64,000 nt of DNA from Phoronis australis. Its lineage: Eukaryota; Animalia; Phoronida. Position 1 is the first letter of the stretch. The number at the start of each line of letters is the position of its first letter. A program made the position numbers and the translations under genes. Location of the stretch: positions 1 through 64,000 of the forward strand of contig NMRA01000420.1 of the NCBI GenBank assembly GCA_002633005.1, in the 5' to 3' direction. The notes under the pieces are model-generated. The model made no database searches. It was not told where the DNA came from and was given only the letters and a program-made list of their open reading frames with translations. Shown piece by piece: positions 1 through 13,800 of this stretch.

Positions 1-1723
1 TACTCGAGTTGAGTATGAAGTGTGAGTTTGAGCATGATTCGAGTCCGAGTACGGAGATTGGAGACCGGGCCCTGGTTTTGTTAAACCACCTTTCTGAAAT
101 CGACTGTTGATGTTCGCCTACGACAGAATGGTAAGAAGCGGGGTAGCCGAAGAGCACTTGGCGCCCAACAATTCGCAGGCGTCGTAGTGAAACTGTGGTA
201 ACCACCATATTACGTGTAATGTCAAAGGGAATCGAGATAATAACAACTTAAGCCTATTTTGCCAACTTGAGGGAATTTTACTCGTTTTAAAGGCCAGGCT
301 GTGCCCAGTCATTTTTGTTAGGGCTTTTCGATTGGTGAGTAGAAAAACACATACTCGTAACCATATGTCTTTGAGAGAGTCTGTTAGTTTCTTACGGACA
401 CATTTTTACTGCAGTTTTTCAGATTTTTAAATTCAAGACAAGTTTCAGGGAATGCAAACCTTATATTTCCAAGGAACATCCAAAGGCGAAGGAAGTTTTC
501 CTTTTTTGAAATAGCGCATCATTTGATATAGATTAGGAACCTGCGGAGAGGGGCCGTGTGATGGCATCAATTAGTGTTCGTTTTGATATTATATGTTCGT
601 TCGGAGCTCTGAGGAACTCGTTTACCCATGGTCACCCTTTCTTGTTTATATCCTTTCCCGCTCACGGAAAAGGTTACAATGATGGAGTCAATTGATTCTC
701 TTTTCCTATTTTTGTTAAATCGTACAACTTTTTATTTTATGGGAAATCAATGAGGGTGACCCGATGCTGGAATATAGTGGCATTCTTTCCATGTCATATT
801 TAGTGCCCCGTTTAAAACGGGGGCCCTCTATTAGAGGGGCGGTAATTGTAATTCCTCTTTCCTGCCACAGAAAGAGGTTAATTCAGATCAAAACTATTTT
901 TTTTCTGCAGAAGACGAGTTATTAGCTATAAATTTCGCTGGCTACATTAAACATACTGTCTCTATTCATTATTTGTCTCACCCCCGACCTACTGAGCCCA
1001 CTGGCTCGCAATTGCTTTATTTATATCTGGCGCTGTTCGATAACCCAGTGGTGGATCTAGGATATCACAAGTGGGGGGCAACATTTTGTCTGTAAGCATT
1101 TGCGCAAAGCACGATTGTAGATGCGCCCAGGAAATTTTTCTGTTTTTTCCTCTAAAAATCAAGCATTTTCCTTGATTCCTGAAGTATTATCCAAGAAAAA
1201 AATAGAAGAAAAAAATACAAAAAAAAACGTGTCCAACAGGAGAATCTGCATTTCCACAGATTCGAATCCTACCAGCCTTGAAATAGGCGATGTGGTCCTT
1301 TTGCCGACAAAATTCAGGAGTAAAAAAAAAATGGTACCACCTCCAGAAGCGTGCATCTCCGTCTTTTTAGCTCGTCCGTCCACTCCCATGCTCCCACCTC
1401 CAAACATTTCTGGCTGCAGAGTCGTAGTATTTGTCACTGCGGTTTACAATCACACGAGACGCCATTGAAGAATCCACCACGCTATCCCAGATACCCCGGA
1501 AATGTTAACAATTTAAAACATAAAGAGCAACTTCCGCTTTTTGAGGCGAAAGTCGTCGGCAATGCCGCGGTAAGAAAGAAATTTGCCGTGGAGATTTTAT
1601 ATCAAATCGATTTTTTTACGCGGAAATATAATAAAATACGTGGACAGAACATTTGAAAAAATCGGAAATCCGCGTTTCCGCGGAAAATTCCAAGCCTTGA
1701 TAATACACCAAATGTGAACTTAC

Positions 1724-1836
1724 TGAGTAGCTACAGGAGCCTCAGGGTGAGTGTTGCTAGCCACTGGCCAGCTAACAGCAGTGACGTCCAACCCATGGGA
1801 CCTCAGGTAAGCCGTCGTACCTGTAGTGGCATACAA
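1724..1836 (-). CDS. CPS1: CPS exon 29 [24 protein letters not shown]... (NAG-binding segment)
   Basis: CAG/GTAAGT, 113 nt; translated by hand. Confidence 0.93.
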
Positions 1837-4800
1837 CTGAAATAGAAGATGGGTAAGATGCAGTGGTCAGAAATGTCTTGGAAACTAAGTTTTGAATAAA
1901 GCCTAGTGTAAATTTAACGACCAATAAATACCTACCGAAAGTAGGTTTTGAAATAACACAAGGCATTTGACTAGTCTACCTTAAATCCTAAGTCGTTGTA
2001 GTGGACAGCTGTTGGCAGAAAGTCTGGTTCAAAATCCTTCTGGATTCCAATCAAAAGACTGCCTCCTCTCTTGGGAATTTTGAGTCCTGCTGACATGAGA
2101 GACTTCAAGAAGGCAGTGTATAGATCTTGTCCAAAACAGGCGACCTGTACGTCATAAGAAAACAGTATATTCATCAAATGTGCCCTACTAAGCACTCAGA
2201 TTAAAAAATAAGGCTTCAAAAGTACGACTTACTGGTAGCTATCTCAAATATAAAGTAACTAAATTCTTAAGGCAGAAGAGTTAGTCAATACAAACAGATG
2301 GGTGATGTCCTAACCAGCAACAGGAAGTCCAAACATGACATCCACAAATTTATTTTGTGCAGATATGAGAACACCTGGGAGAGAGCTAAAAACAGGAAAA
2401 TAAAATTAATTCATTTCTATTCTGAATTTTAACACGTTTCTATGAGGTCAAAAGGATACTGCATAATTTTACATTTAAAGAACAGTAAGTGGAATGATAA
2501 AAAGAGACGGACAACACGATTCAAATAACTCAAACGCATTTAAGCAATGAACCAATAATTACACATATTTTGTTTTTGGATAATGGTAAACTTTAAAGCT
2601 TTAGAGCTTTCCTTAAAGAAACAAACTTGTGATTTATGTCACTTGCTGCCATAAAACAGGATGTAATGATACGTAGGATGATAACCTCAAGTTTGTATTT
2701 AGCTAAATATCTATAATTAAATTTTGACTTAATAGTAAAAGTATATATTTTCTGGCAGTAGAAAAATTAGGTTTTTCATATTTTAGTAATCTGACAATAA
2801 TTGAGTCACATAATCACACATTTTAAGTAAATTTTAGCAAATAAAGAAACAGTAAGTAACTTGATAGGAAAACAACAGTATTTACATGATCAAACGTTAT
2901 TAGATATACATGTTCAAGATGACATATCTGTCGCGCTTTTCTAGATTATCACTTCATTTTACACAAGTTAAATTTTTTTCCATGAAAATCATAAGTCACA
3001 GTTTTGATAACCCTCAGGCAACAGTGGAACATCTCGTATTTTTTTAGAGCAATTATGCATAAAACAAAGATATCTAAAACTTTCATATGAATACCGTCAG
3101 CCATTAGTGAGATATCATCTTCTGAAAATTAAGACATGTTTCTAGGAACCTATTATAAATAACCTTAACTTGTTGCTTACTCTGTGCTCGGAAAGAACTG
3201 ACATTGTGAGACAATGCTCGGTGCATAAAATAAATGCTGTAACAAGCCTACACCTTGAGTCTGGACTATCAGTTCTTACAAAATTACCTTTGTTCTGCGT
3301 AAAGAACAAGTTCATGAAAGAACAAGTCCATGAAAGAACAAGTCCATGAAAGAACAAGTTCATGAAAGAACAAGTTCATGAAAGAACAAGTTCATGAAAG
3401 AACAAGTTCATGAGTTCTAAAAAAACTAGCTTCTTGAAGAAAAAGCATCCAATTTTAACACAATAAACCACATTCAAGGAATTTCATTTCAACTTTTGCA
3501 GTGACACCTAATGACCAAATAAATGCTGCCTTGTTGATCAACAGATTTGAGTAATACAAAACTTTCAAAATAAAATGTATTACAACAAACTGACCTCCCC
3601 AGTTGACGACATTTCACATCTCAGCAGGGGATCTGCCCCGCCCAGCCGAGGCCACGAGAACATGGGGGCCTTGATGCCGACATAGCTGTCTGGGACATGG
3701 GGGTGCTCCAGAGATGGCAGGCTGTCCTCGGGAACCGGCAGGTCTAACATCACACGAGTGGCTACCTCCACTAGGTCAGTGCCAATCGTTTTGGAGACAA
3801 ATGGAAATGATCGAGATGCCCGCAGGTTACACTCAATTACCTGGAAAATGACCGTCATGTCACAGCACACAAAACTTAATAAGCACCCGTCTGCAGGCAA
3901 GACTTTGTTAATGAGGAACGTGAATCTTATAAGGTGATATACCAGGTAATGAAGAAATATAAAAGCACTTGCCAGCATATTATCACAACTATGTCTCGAC
4001 ACCGTTCCACACGTCACAGTTTGCAAATTGATATCGTGCATCCTATGAAATTTGCGAGAGCCAAAGTTTCCAGAACATCGCAACAGGATTACTGAGTGAT
4101 CAATATTTCAGAGTCGATAATTGTTCATCTGCTGCTGGTGGTCACCTGGCTTAATTTTTTTCAAAAACTTTCCTCTTCCATTGTACCTTTTGTACACATT
4201 TCCGTAGAAATCAGTGGATTTATTTCCAGAGCCCTAGGAAAGTGGGACGTCACAACATCAAAACATAAAAATCGAAGCTTCCAATCCTTTGTGTGCCCAG
4301 GGTTGAGTAGTGTCAGAGTTAGCCAGGGGTGATCAAGTGTTACCTTGTTCATGAACAGTGGAAAACAACTGGATCCCAACATTCAAAGCTTCAACTGTAA
4401 AATTTCGAAAAATATTACCTTCCTTATGTTTTTCAGCAAAAAAAACACGCAAATTTGTCAGTTACGATTTATGAATCGGTGAACAACTGTCTGAAATCAC
4501 AACTTTGAATGGCATCCAAAAGACTTTGATTGAGAATAACCAACAACATTTCCATCTCATTATCTTAGAGATCTCCACATACAGGTTCAATAGTCGGTGC
4601 AAATATGTGTGAAACCTGTAGTGTAATGGGCTGTAACTAGAATACCAGGAGATGTTTAGGCTAACGGAAGGTCACGAAATTTGAGATTTTTCTGAGCACA
4701 AATTTTCAGAAGAATCCTTCGAGAGATAGTAGCGATAATTTGAAAGTGGTCGTTACAGCGCCATCTTTTGTCTGATATTGGCCAAAAATAACAGGCCCCA

Positions 4801-7800
4801 AGCTGTCGAGGAGTTACAATGCTATGCGTAAATTGCACGATGATCATGCAAGAAATGCAATGCGTAGAGTGTGTACAAGAAACATTTCTAACAAGACAAC
4901 AAATTCACAACATAGCAATGGTGAATAGAAATTTGCCAAATAAAAACCACTGACCTAGTTTTTAGCAATATTTTGATTGCGAGTTCATCAAACACTATAG
5001 TTGGGTTATCCTGGGCTTGTCGGTATTGTGGAGTCCATAGAGAAATAAGCTTACCATAACCTTGTCATCCTTGACCAAAAACTGCATGTTGAATGGACCA
5101 GTAATGTTAAACCTCTGGGCGATCCTTCTGGTTATATCATTAACCTGTGGAAGAAGACTAACATGATTATCATTTGACAAATAACATCTCTTCTGCTGAT
5201 AAAGCTCCATTAACTGAACAACAGAGTTACAACTTGTGGCAGGAAAATTTTCATTTCTTTAATGAATAAAACAAAATCCATAATTAGTCTTCAAGCAATT
5301 CCAAAGTATGCAACACTAGCAACATGGAACAAAACACGATAAAAATCGTTTTCCGGAATTACGAAAAATCAGTTATAAAGCAATCACCACTCACGACACG
5401 TATAGACTCAATGAACAGAATAGTTTATTGACAAGCTTTTTCCAGGTGGTATACCACAGAGCGCTCACACTGACAGGCTACACAAAGATGTGTTGTCAAA
5501 CACAGTAGCATCACAGTGCCCACCTGTTTGCTGAGGTTAGGGAAAAATCTATAGCCACAAAATCCCCCAAGGCGGGCTTAAATTTTCCAGGTGAACAAAA
5601 TTTGGAACTAAAGCGTGTAGTAGGTTACATGAGAGTAAAAATGTGGATAATCCTGTGATTACATAAAAATGTTCGTGTCCATATGGTTGAGTATATCCCT
5701 GAAAGCGTTACATTGTGAAGTCGCGTAACTAACCTTGTCAATGACCCGTTGATCTACTGTGTGAGGGGGCAGCACTAGTGTTGCATCACCACTGTGTACA
5801 CCAGCGTTCTCTACGTGCTCGGACACAGCGTGTGCAACAACCTGCAACATACAGCAAGTGCACGTACAGTCAAAGCCCAAAGAACATGACGAAAAACACA
5901 TTTATCATGAATTAAAGGACCGCATAACAATAATTAGCTCAAATATAAATCACAACTTCAAAATATAAATTAGTGGATTTGAATTTTCATGTTGAGGTAA
6001 TCAATGAACTCATTCAGTCTGCCACATCACATGTAAATAGGAAGCCGGCATCTTAAAGAACCAAAACAAAGGGTTCCCCCAAAACATGAACCAACGCCTT
6101 GATTTTGAACGTGACGGTGCATGGACTTTAGGGCAGGTGGACAAAAATTCACCACCAGTTGTCACAAAATAAAAAACTAAAAATTATAACCAGCAAAATC
6201 TTGTGCTTCACAAACTCTAACATCACACGATGGCAGACACAATATTTGTAACGCGGCACCAAAGAAGAAAGCGATGTCCTTTTATTGTATGAACAGATTG
6301 TAAACGGAAAGCTGTTCACCACCAGGGAGCACTGGTGGTAGTCTTGAATCCACACTCCAGAATATGAGGCTATTTGGTCAAATGTTTTAGCATACTATGC
6401 TACGATTTGATTAGAATGCGAAATAGAGAAATTGAAAATATTGAGCAATATAATACTTGTCTTCAAATTAATTAAAAATATTAGAGAAATGAGACAATTT
6501 GAAATGTTCAAATACACGAGTGGACGCAAATCAGATCACAGCTTAGTATGGTCAAATTTCAAGCCGTTATCCAGACTGCAATGCTAATAAAGGCTGGATG
6601 TAAATTTCACAAGCGCCACCTAGTGAATAATTATCCCATTATCACTCTTTCTTCACCTTTCCATTCTTAGCCACAGCATCCATCTCCACTTCCCGTGCAC
6701 CCTGTATGAATTTAGTGATGACTACAGGGTGCTCCCTAGACACTGATGTGGCCAGAGTCAAGAACTTCTTCATCTCTTCCGGACTGTAGGCCACATTCAT
6801 GGCTGAGCCACTCAGTACAAAGGAAGGACGCAGCAGACAGGGATATCCAACGCTATCAGCGAAGTCCAAGGCATCATTCTGTTGGACATAAGCACAACAA
6901 TGAGTGAATAATGATGACGTACCTACTAACCCTTATTAATCCTCTTGTCAGCACCCACACTCAATGCAACATTGGTTTGAGAATGGACAAGAGGATACGA
7001 GAATACTAAATAGGTACCCAGGCCTTTATCCAGGATTTCGAAAATAGGGTGTCCAAAATGGGGTTCCCAATATTCCAGGGCGTCCATGATTCCGACGCGT
7101 AACCCCCCACCCCTAGCAATCCCCCTAATCACAGATAAATTGAGATTTTCTACTTCTCAGATATCATAGCTGAAGCCTTCATCAGGATGATGTCTTGCGC
7201 AGGACAGAATTTTTTTGAACTAATCTAATTACCAGGACATGTGATGTCACCACAAATGAGTACGGTTAGGTGTGTTGTTAATTCCACAAAATAACCACCA
7301 GTTGTCTCATTACACGATGGAGGTCAAAACAATAACGCTGATAAATAGCCCCCTTCCTGTAGCTGTGCCTGTGTGCACCAAACCATTGAACAAGTTTATT
7401 TACAAACAAGACTTTGTTACAGAGGGAAAAATTGACCTAATCTCTTATCCAGTATCTTGTATCTAACACAGCCAGGGGTTAATCTGCATGTCACACAGTC
7501 ACAGCGTTTCATCTCTGAAACAAGCATTGGCTTTCACCCTTAAAACACAGGGATCTTAGTGTACGTACCAGTGACGAAAGTGACCTCCACGGAGCCTGGT
7601 CGCAGCCTATTTCATCCAAGATGGCAGAGAAGGATGACCTGTCTTCAGCGGCATCAATCATGAGAGGACTAGTGCCCAGCACACGCACCCCATTCTTGTG
7701 TAGTGGGAGGGCGAGGTTATTGGGGATCTGACCCCCCACGGAAATGACAACACCAGATGACTTCTGGAAATAAAGAACGTCCGACAATGGGTTGGTGTTT

Positions 7801-10800
7801 GATCCCATTTAAGTCACAATTTTTCATGTCAAAATTTTCAAAAGCTCACAGGGAACCCCCAATTTCCAACCTTTTTGATGCTTTTTGCACTTTGTAAGTC
7901 ATATCAAGTTTCTTTTTCTACATATACAAGACACAATATTTGTCAGAGATGAATTCCAAAATTTTCCAATTTATGAAAGAATGAACCANNAACACAAAGT
8001 ATACACCTGAAGACCTATGAAAATACAGAGGTCAATGTAAAATACTAAAATTGCCACTAGAGGCATACCGGTAGTCAGAATCATCCTAAAGTCGTCATCG
8101 TCCGTTGTCAACATCACATAAATACACTTGCTAAATTTAGAAAAGATCCTGCAAACGCTTTGGGAGATACAGCCATGGGCGCAAAAAAACTGCCACTAGG
8201 AGGCGCCACAGTTATCAAAGTCATGGGAAATTCAGCGTCAACCGTCCTCTTCATAGTAAGAACATACATGCCAATTTTCACAATCATACTTAGAGCGGTT
8301 TGATTGATAGAGGGGTGGACGCCAAAAAACAGACTCAAAAACAGTAAAAATGGCCACTGGGTGTCGCAAACTAGGTCGAATCCATCCGAAAATGGGAGGA
8401 TAGCGTCATCGCACTAATAGGTGCCAACATACCAAATTTCATGAAAATCCGTTAAGGACTTGTGAAGATACAGAGCTAAACGTAAAAAAAAAGTGCCACT
8501 AGGGGGCACACTGGTAGGCGGATCCGTGCAAAAGTCATCATCGTCTGCTTTTAACATCATATAAATATACTTATCAAATTTCGTAAAGATCCTGCGAACG
8601 GTTTAAGAGATACAGCCATAGGCGCAAAAAAAACAAAACTGCCACTAGGAGGTGCCACAGTAGTCCAAATCATCTGAAAATCATTGTCAGCTGTCCTCTT
8701 TATAGTAAGCACATACATGCCAATTTTCACAATCATCCTTTGAGCGGTTTGGTTGATAGAGAGGTAGACACAAAAATACAGACTCGAAAACAGTAAAAAT
8801 GGCCACTAGATGGCGCAAACTATGTCGAATTCATCTGAAAACGGGAGGATAGCGTCATCTCACTAATAGGTGCCTACATACCAAATTTCATGAAAATCCG
8901 TTCAGGACTTTCGAAGATACAAAGGTAAGCGTAAAAAACTAAAATTGCCACTAGGGGGCACACCGGTAGTCGGATCCGTCCGAAAGTTCGCACATGCCGT
9001 CCCATTCATGAATGGAACATATGTGTCAGGATTCATGAACATATGTCAAAGGGTTTTGGAGATAGAGCAGCGGACGCCGGACAGACGCCGGACAGACGCC
9101 GCCCGTACGGACGGACGGAGAAGATGGCATAATGCGTCCACATATAAATATGTGGGCGCATAAAAAGTATGACAGAAATCATAAATCGTCTCAAAATGTC
9201 ACAGAATTTCAGGCAAGCATGTTTTGTCACAGAATGTCATGACATGACATCAACAATATGCATCAGCAGGGTTCTTCACCCAGCTCTGTGTCTGCTTTCT
9301 ATGGCCCAAAGGTTATAGTTCTTCTCGTATGCGCTCTAACACTTTCAAAAACTATTTTTACAACTTCGTGAAATCTACGTATTACGGAGAAACTAAAAGA
9401 TTTTTACACACCAACTGTTAGTCACATCATGTGACCTATGATCTACGATCATTTCTTGTCTGGATTAAGATTCGCATAAAGACCAAGTCTCAAAAATGTA
9501 AGAGAATAGAACTTCTTCCTACATCAAAGCAAATGAGAACATTTGAATGAAAACAGAGACAAAAGAACGATATTAAAGCAACATCAGTGGTCATACAACA
9601 GAAACTTGTGACATCACCCGCGGGACTTGTTCAAATTTGTATTGTTTTCTTCAAATGGATTTGTCGTATTAAACCTATTCACAGGTGTTACGTAGCTAAA
9701 AACCTCCGTTTCAATCGTTTTAAAGTTAGCTCTAACACAAATTAAGTAACTAATTCTGGCCTCTCTATAAGATCAACTCACACTACAAGTTGTGCAAACT
9801 TGTAGCTGTCGAATCCATAACAAACCTCGTGGTTATAGATGTCAAGCACACGCTCAAGGGACAGTTCCTCAAAATAAAGCCGGTCGCACTCATCAAAGTC
9901 CGTACTCACAGTCTCCGGGTTATTGTTCACAACAATCTACAAAACATTTATCACTATACTTCACTGCACTATACCTCACTGCACTATATCTTACTGCACT
10001 ATATCTCACAGCTTCAAAGGTTGAATTTTGAAACCGTCAGCAGTAACAGAAAACTATTCAACACAACGGTATATCTAGCTTTAAGTTGTTGTTGAGTACA
10101 ATCACTGCTTTAGAAACTCATTAGGCTTAGCCAGTGCTCATAAATACAGGTTTAATTCATTAGAAGTGAGAACATACAGTCAAATGTCTGTTTCTAATGC
10201 ACAATGCCAAACTAAAGTGTTAACCCAGTAGCACAATTGTTAACTCTTGAAAAATTATTTAACATGAAATTTTATCGATTAGTAAATGAGCGAGTAAAAA
10301 CTATATTGAGCACTGTTTTACGCAAAGGTAAGTGCAAAATTGTCTGAATTTAATTTTGTGAAGCATCACAACTATCGAGTCATCAAATAAGGCATGTAAT
10401 TGTTTTCTATACTGTGGCTGGAATGGAGTTCTCAGGTGTCGTTTTCTGCTGTGTGGAATAAAATGGTTCAGAAATGTATTTTTCAAAATCTTAAGGTTCA
10501 CCTGTAATTAGAGTACTGGAGGCGCATATATGCAGGACATTGAAGTGGAAAAATCTTGCAAAAAAATGCATTCTCCTGCATATAGACGCATGCGTTTTTT
10601 GCGGGCTGTATGGTAACCAGGAGTACTGCTGAGTCTTCACAGTATCCACCAGGTGGCACAGTGCACTAAACCACCACAAACTTGATAAGCCTACACAGAA
10701 TGCAGTCAAAAGTAATAATCACTCGCACTGGACTCTTACCGATTTCAGTCCTAACTGTCGCAAATTACGAATGGCGGAGACGGCACACCAGTCAAACTCC

Positions 10801-13800
10801 ACGCTACTGCCTATGTGGTATGGTCCACAGCCAAGTACCATGGTGCCGTGGTCAGTAAAGTCGACATCATGCTCCATAGCATTGTAAGAACAGTACAGGT
10901 AGTTGGTGTGAGCAGGGTACTCGGCGGCCATCGTGTCAATCTATAACATGTGTGCAAGAGTAAGACTCTTAGATGATTGACAGGCGTCCAATAACCAGTT
11001 TCAAAAGTCTGAAGAACACCATCTTGAAATCTTCTGAAGCTGCATTTCGGCCCCCGTTTAACTATCAATGTTGAACTCTTAACCAAAGCCCTATGGGGTT
11101 TCAAAATATTACAACGCTCATTTGATCTTGAATTGTTGCTAGATGAGTCTGCAATTCAAGAGACAGACAATGTGTACTCGTGCTATTTTCCAATTCATAA
11201 TTTTAGATTTGGCCAATCCCAATAAACTCTGAAACGTTTCTCATGGTTTCGATGTTTATAAATGTAGAATCCCATCACGGGAAAGACAATTATAAAACCA
11301 ATTTTATGAGAGTAAAGGCTGAATTCATTTTGTTTTTTGGAAAGCCAAACAGAGCGAAATGCAGACTTAAAACATCCCACGAACCAGAAATGCTCCCCAG
11401 GAGTGGGTCATTAAACAGCAATAAATAAACAGATAAACATTGAAAATAAATATGAGATTAAGACATGGCATCTGACATATGCTGTATCAATGAAAACATT
11501 AAAAAATTCACAATTTTTTAAAATTTATTTACAAAATACTGTGACCCTTGTTGTAATAGGATACTCTAGTGTCCGAGGACAGTCATCAAAATAGACTAAA
11601 ACCAACAACTTGACAAATTTTTCAATATTGCCAAAAACAGAGTCTGAATATAACTTGATTTTGTGTTCAAAATGGAAAATATGCAAAAGCAAACTACCAA
11701 ACAATTCTCATTTCTCTCAGAGCTATCCGGAACATATAATGAACTAAAAGAAGTGGCTGCGAAAATATTTTAAAACATTTCACACAAATAACATTTAGTA
11801 ATAACCTGTTTGACAAAAGGACTGATGTTCTTAGACAAGCGCATGTCTCTTGCATCCATCTCAGTAACTCCAAGAATTTCGCCAATTTGTTTATCAGAAA
11901 ACCCAGCTTGTTTAGCCAATAGTAGATCATCTCCTGCTACGCCGTCACTGAAAGATCACAAGAGAATTTTACAGTCTTTGACTTCAGGGGTGTAACTACA
12001 ACACACGACAAAAGTAAACAAAACAAAATCACCTGACATCTCCCTTCAAGATGGCCAAGTTCAAGCTAAATTCGACAGGATGGCCAAGTTCAAGCTAAAC
12101 TGATAAAGATGACTAAGTTTAAATTAAATTCACTTTAAAAGAGGCGGACTGTCTTAATGACAAGGAAAGTTAGGAAGACAAAAATGTCATTCTGTAACTA
12201 GAAATTTTCTATAATGGCAATGGTCACACTTACACAGTAAAGCCATTTAGAGTGTAATGGGAAAGCATTATTCTGTCTGATTACTAATTAAGCAGGCTAT
12301 ATAATCAATCAAACATGTGCACTTTTGATCCCGGGACTATGAGTACCGTAGCACCTTTCCAGATGAAATGTATCTATTGTACACAGTACTAAAGACAGAA
12401 CAAATACTGTGGCATTTGATTGATGTAATTTGTGACAGAAATTATAACGGATTTACAGATATTATTGTTGACTTTTTTAGTGCACACATGCATACTTGCA
12501 TACAGGAGGCTATGTCCTTAGTCTCAAAGCAAATTATACAGTGTTAAGTGTACATTACGACTAAACTGTTTTCAAAATAAGACAAGAAATCCATGAATAA
12601 ACAATAATGTCACAAATATAACTAAACTGATACAACTGTTTAGATATGTACACATAATAGTTAGACTAACAATATGTGCCTCATAAGAGCTAGTTTGGTA
12701 AAAGAATTTCTGCCACCAAACCGTATATGAACCATTGGTCACCTCAACAGTTATAACTTAAAACAAACACTTAAGCCAATGGTCCTCATGATTTCCTCAG
12801 GGCCTTTAGACTGACAAACCCACGGAGAGGATTTTCCACATAAAAAAAGGCAAATACAACTTTTATTTTCATTTTTTATTACTTTGTAAAAGATAAGAAA
12901 AAAAAGCTTTGGGGCTTTGCCATTTTCAGGTTCTTTACCACAGGTACTGTCGTACAATGTTTTGAAGAGTAATGATTTACCGTAAACTAGCTGGTTCGAG
13001 TTTGTACACAGTCATGTAAAAAATTGAGACTCGCAGGAAATGTCGAGCACCTCTTTGTGTACTAATGAGAAGCACGGAAAACACACAGTCCCAAAGAAAC
13101 ACATGAGCAGATCCCCCATTCAAATTTCACTACCTTCTTTGGGGGTATTAAGATCACTCAGGTAAGCCCCTTTTTGTGTGTTGGTGCACACAAGTAAAGT
13201 CACCCCATTGTGTTGCTCATGCATGTTATACAATATTATTGGGACACATTCAATGATATGAACATGGGCAGCACTGCCCTCTGTTGTACGTACATGGAAG
13301 ACTGGGTGAGTTCCTTCTCCAGCAACACTATCCTCTGAAGTTTGTACAGGAACCACTTGTCAATGTCAGTCAGTTGGTGTATGGAGTCCACGCTGTAGCC
13401 TTCATGAAAGGCCTACGGAAAGAAGTGCATTTCATTTAACAGGCATCAGTGCACTCAAACCATTTAAAGCCTATCTTGAACGGTAACACCTGTAATTTTG
13501 GTTCCTACAGTATGTTAAGAGCATCGCTCTGAGCCCACTCGTGCCATAAATTGCCAAATGTAACAAACTGTTAGGAGAATTGGCTTACTTTTGTCAACAT
13601 CACTACGAGAATCACCTTTTAATTCAAACAGCTACAGATAACACCCACACGCAACGGTGTTCTGTTCAGACCCCTAATTAATATAACTGTTACCGGCCTT
13701 TTGTTGTTTGTGCTGGGATCTCGCAGTGACGCAACATGGCACGAAAAGGCAGCTTCACCTATCATTTGACGGATTTACATTTGCGTGATTGAACTCACAT

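Noticed and set aside
1-1723. Final CPS exons
   Set aside because: No IDLVINLP-like peptide found in any frame; the region is MITE-like sequence, so the gene end lies outside the window.
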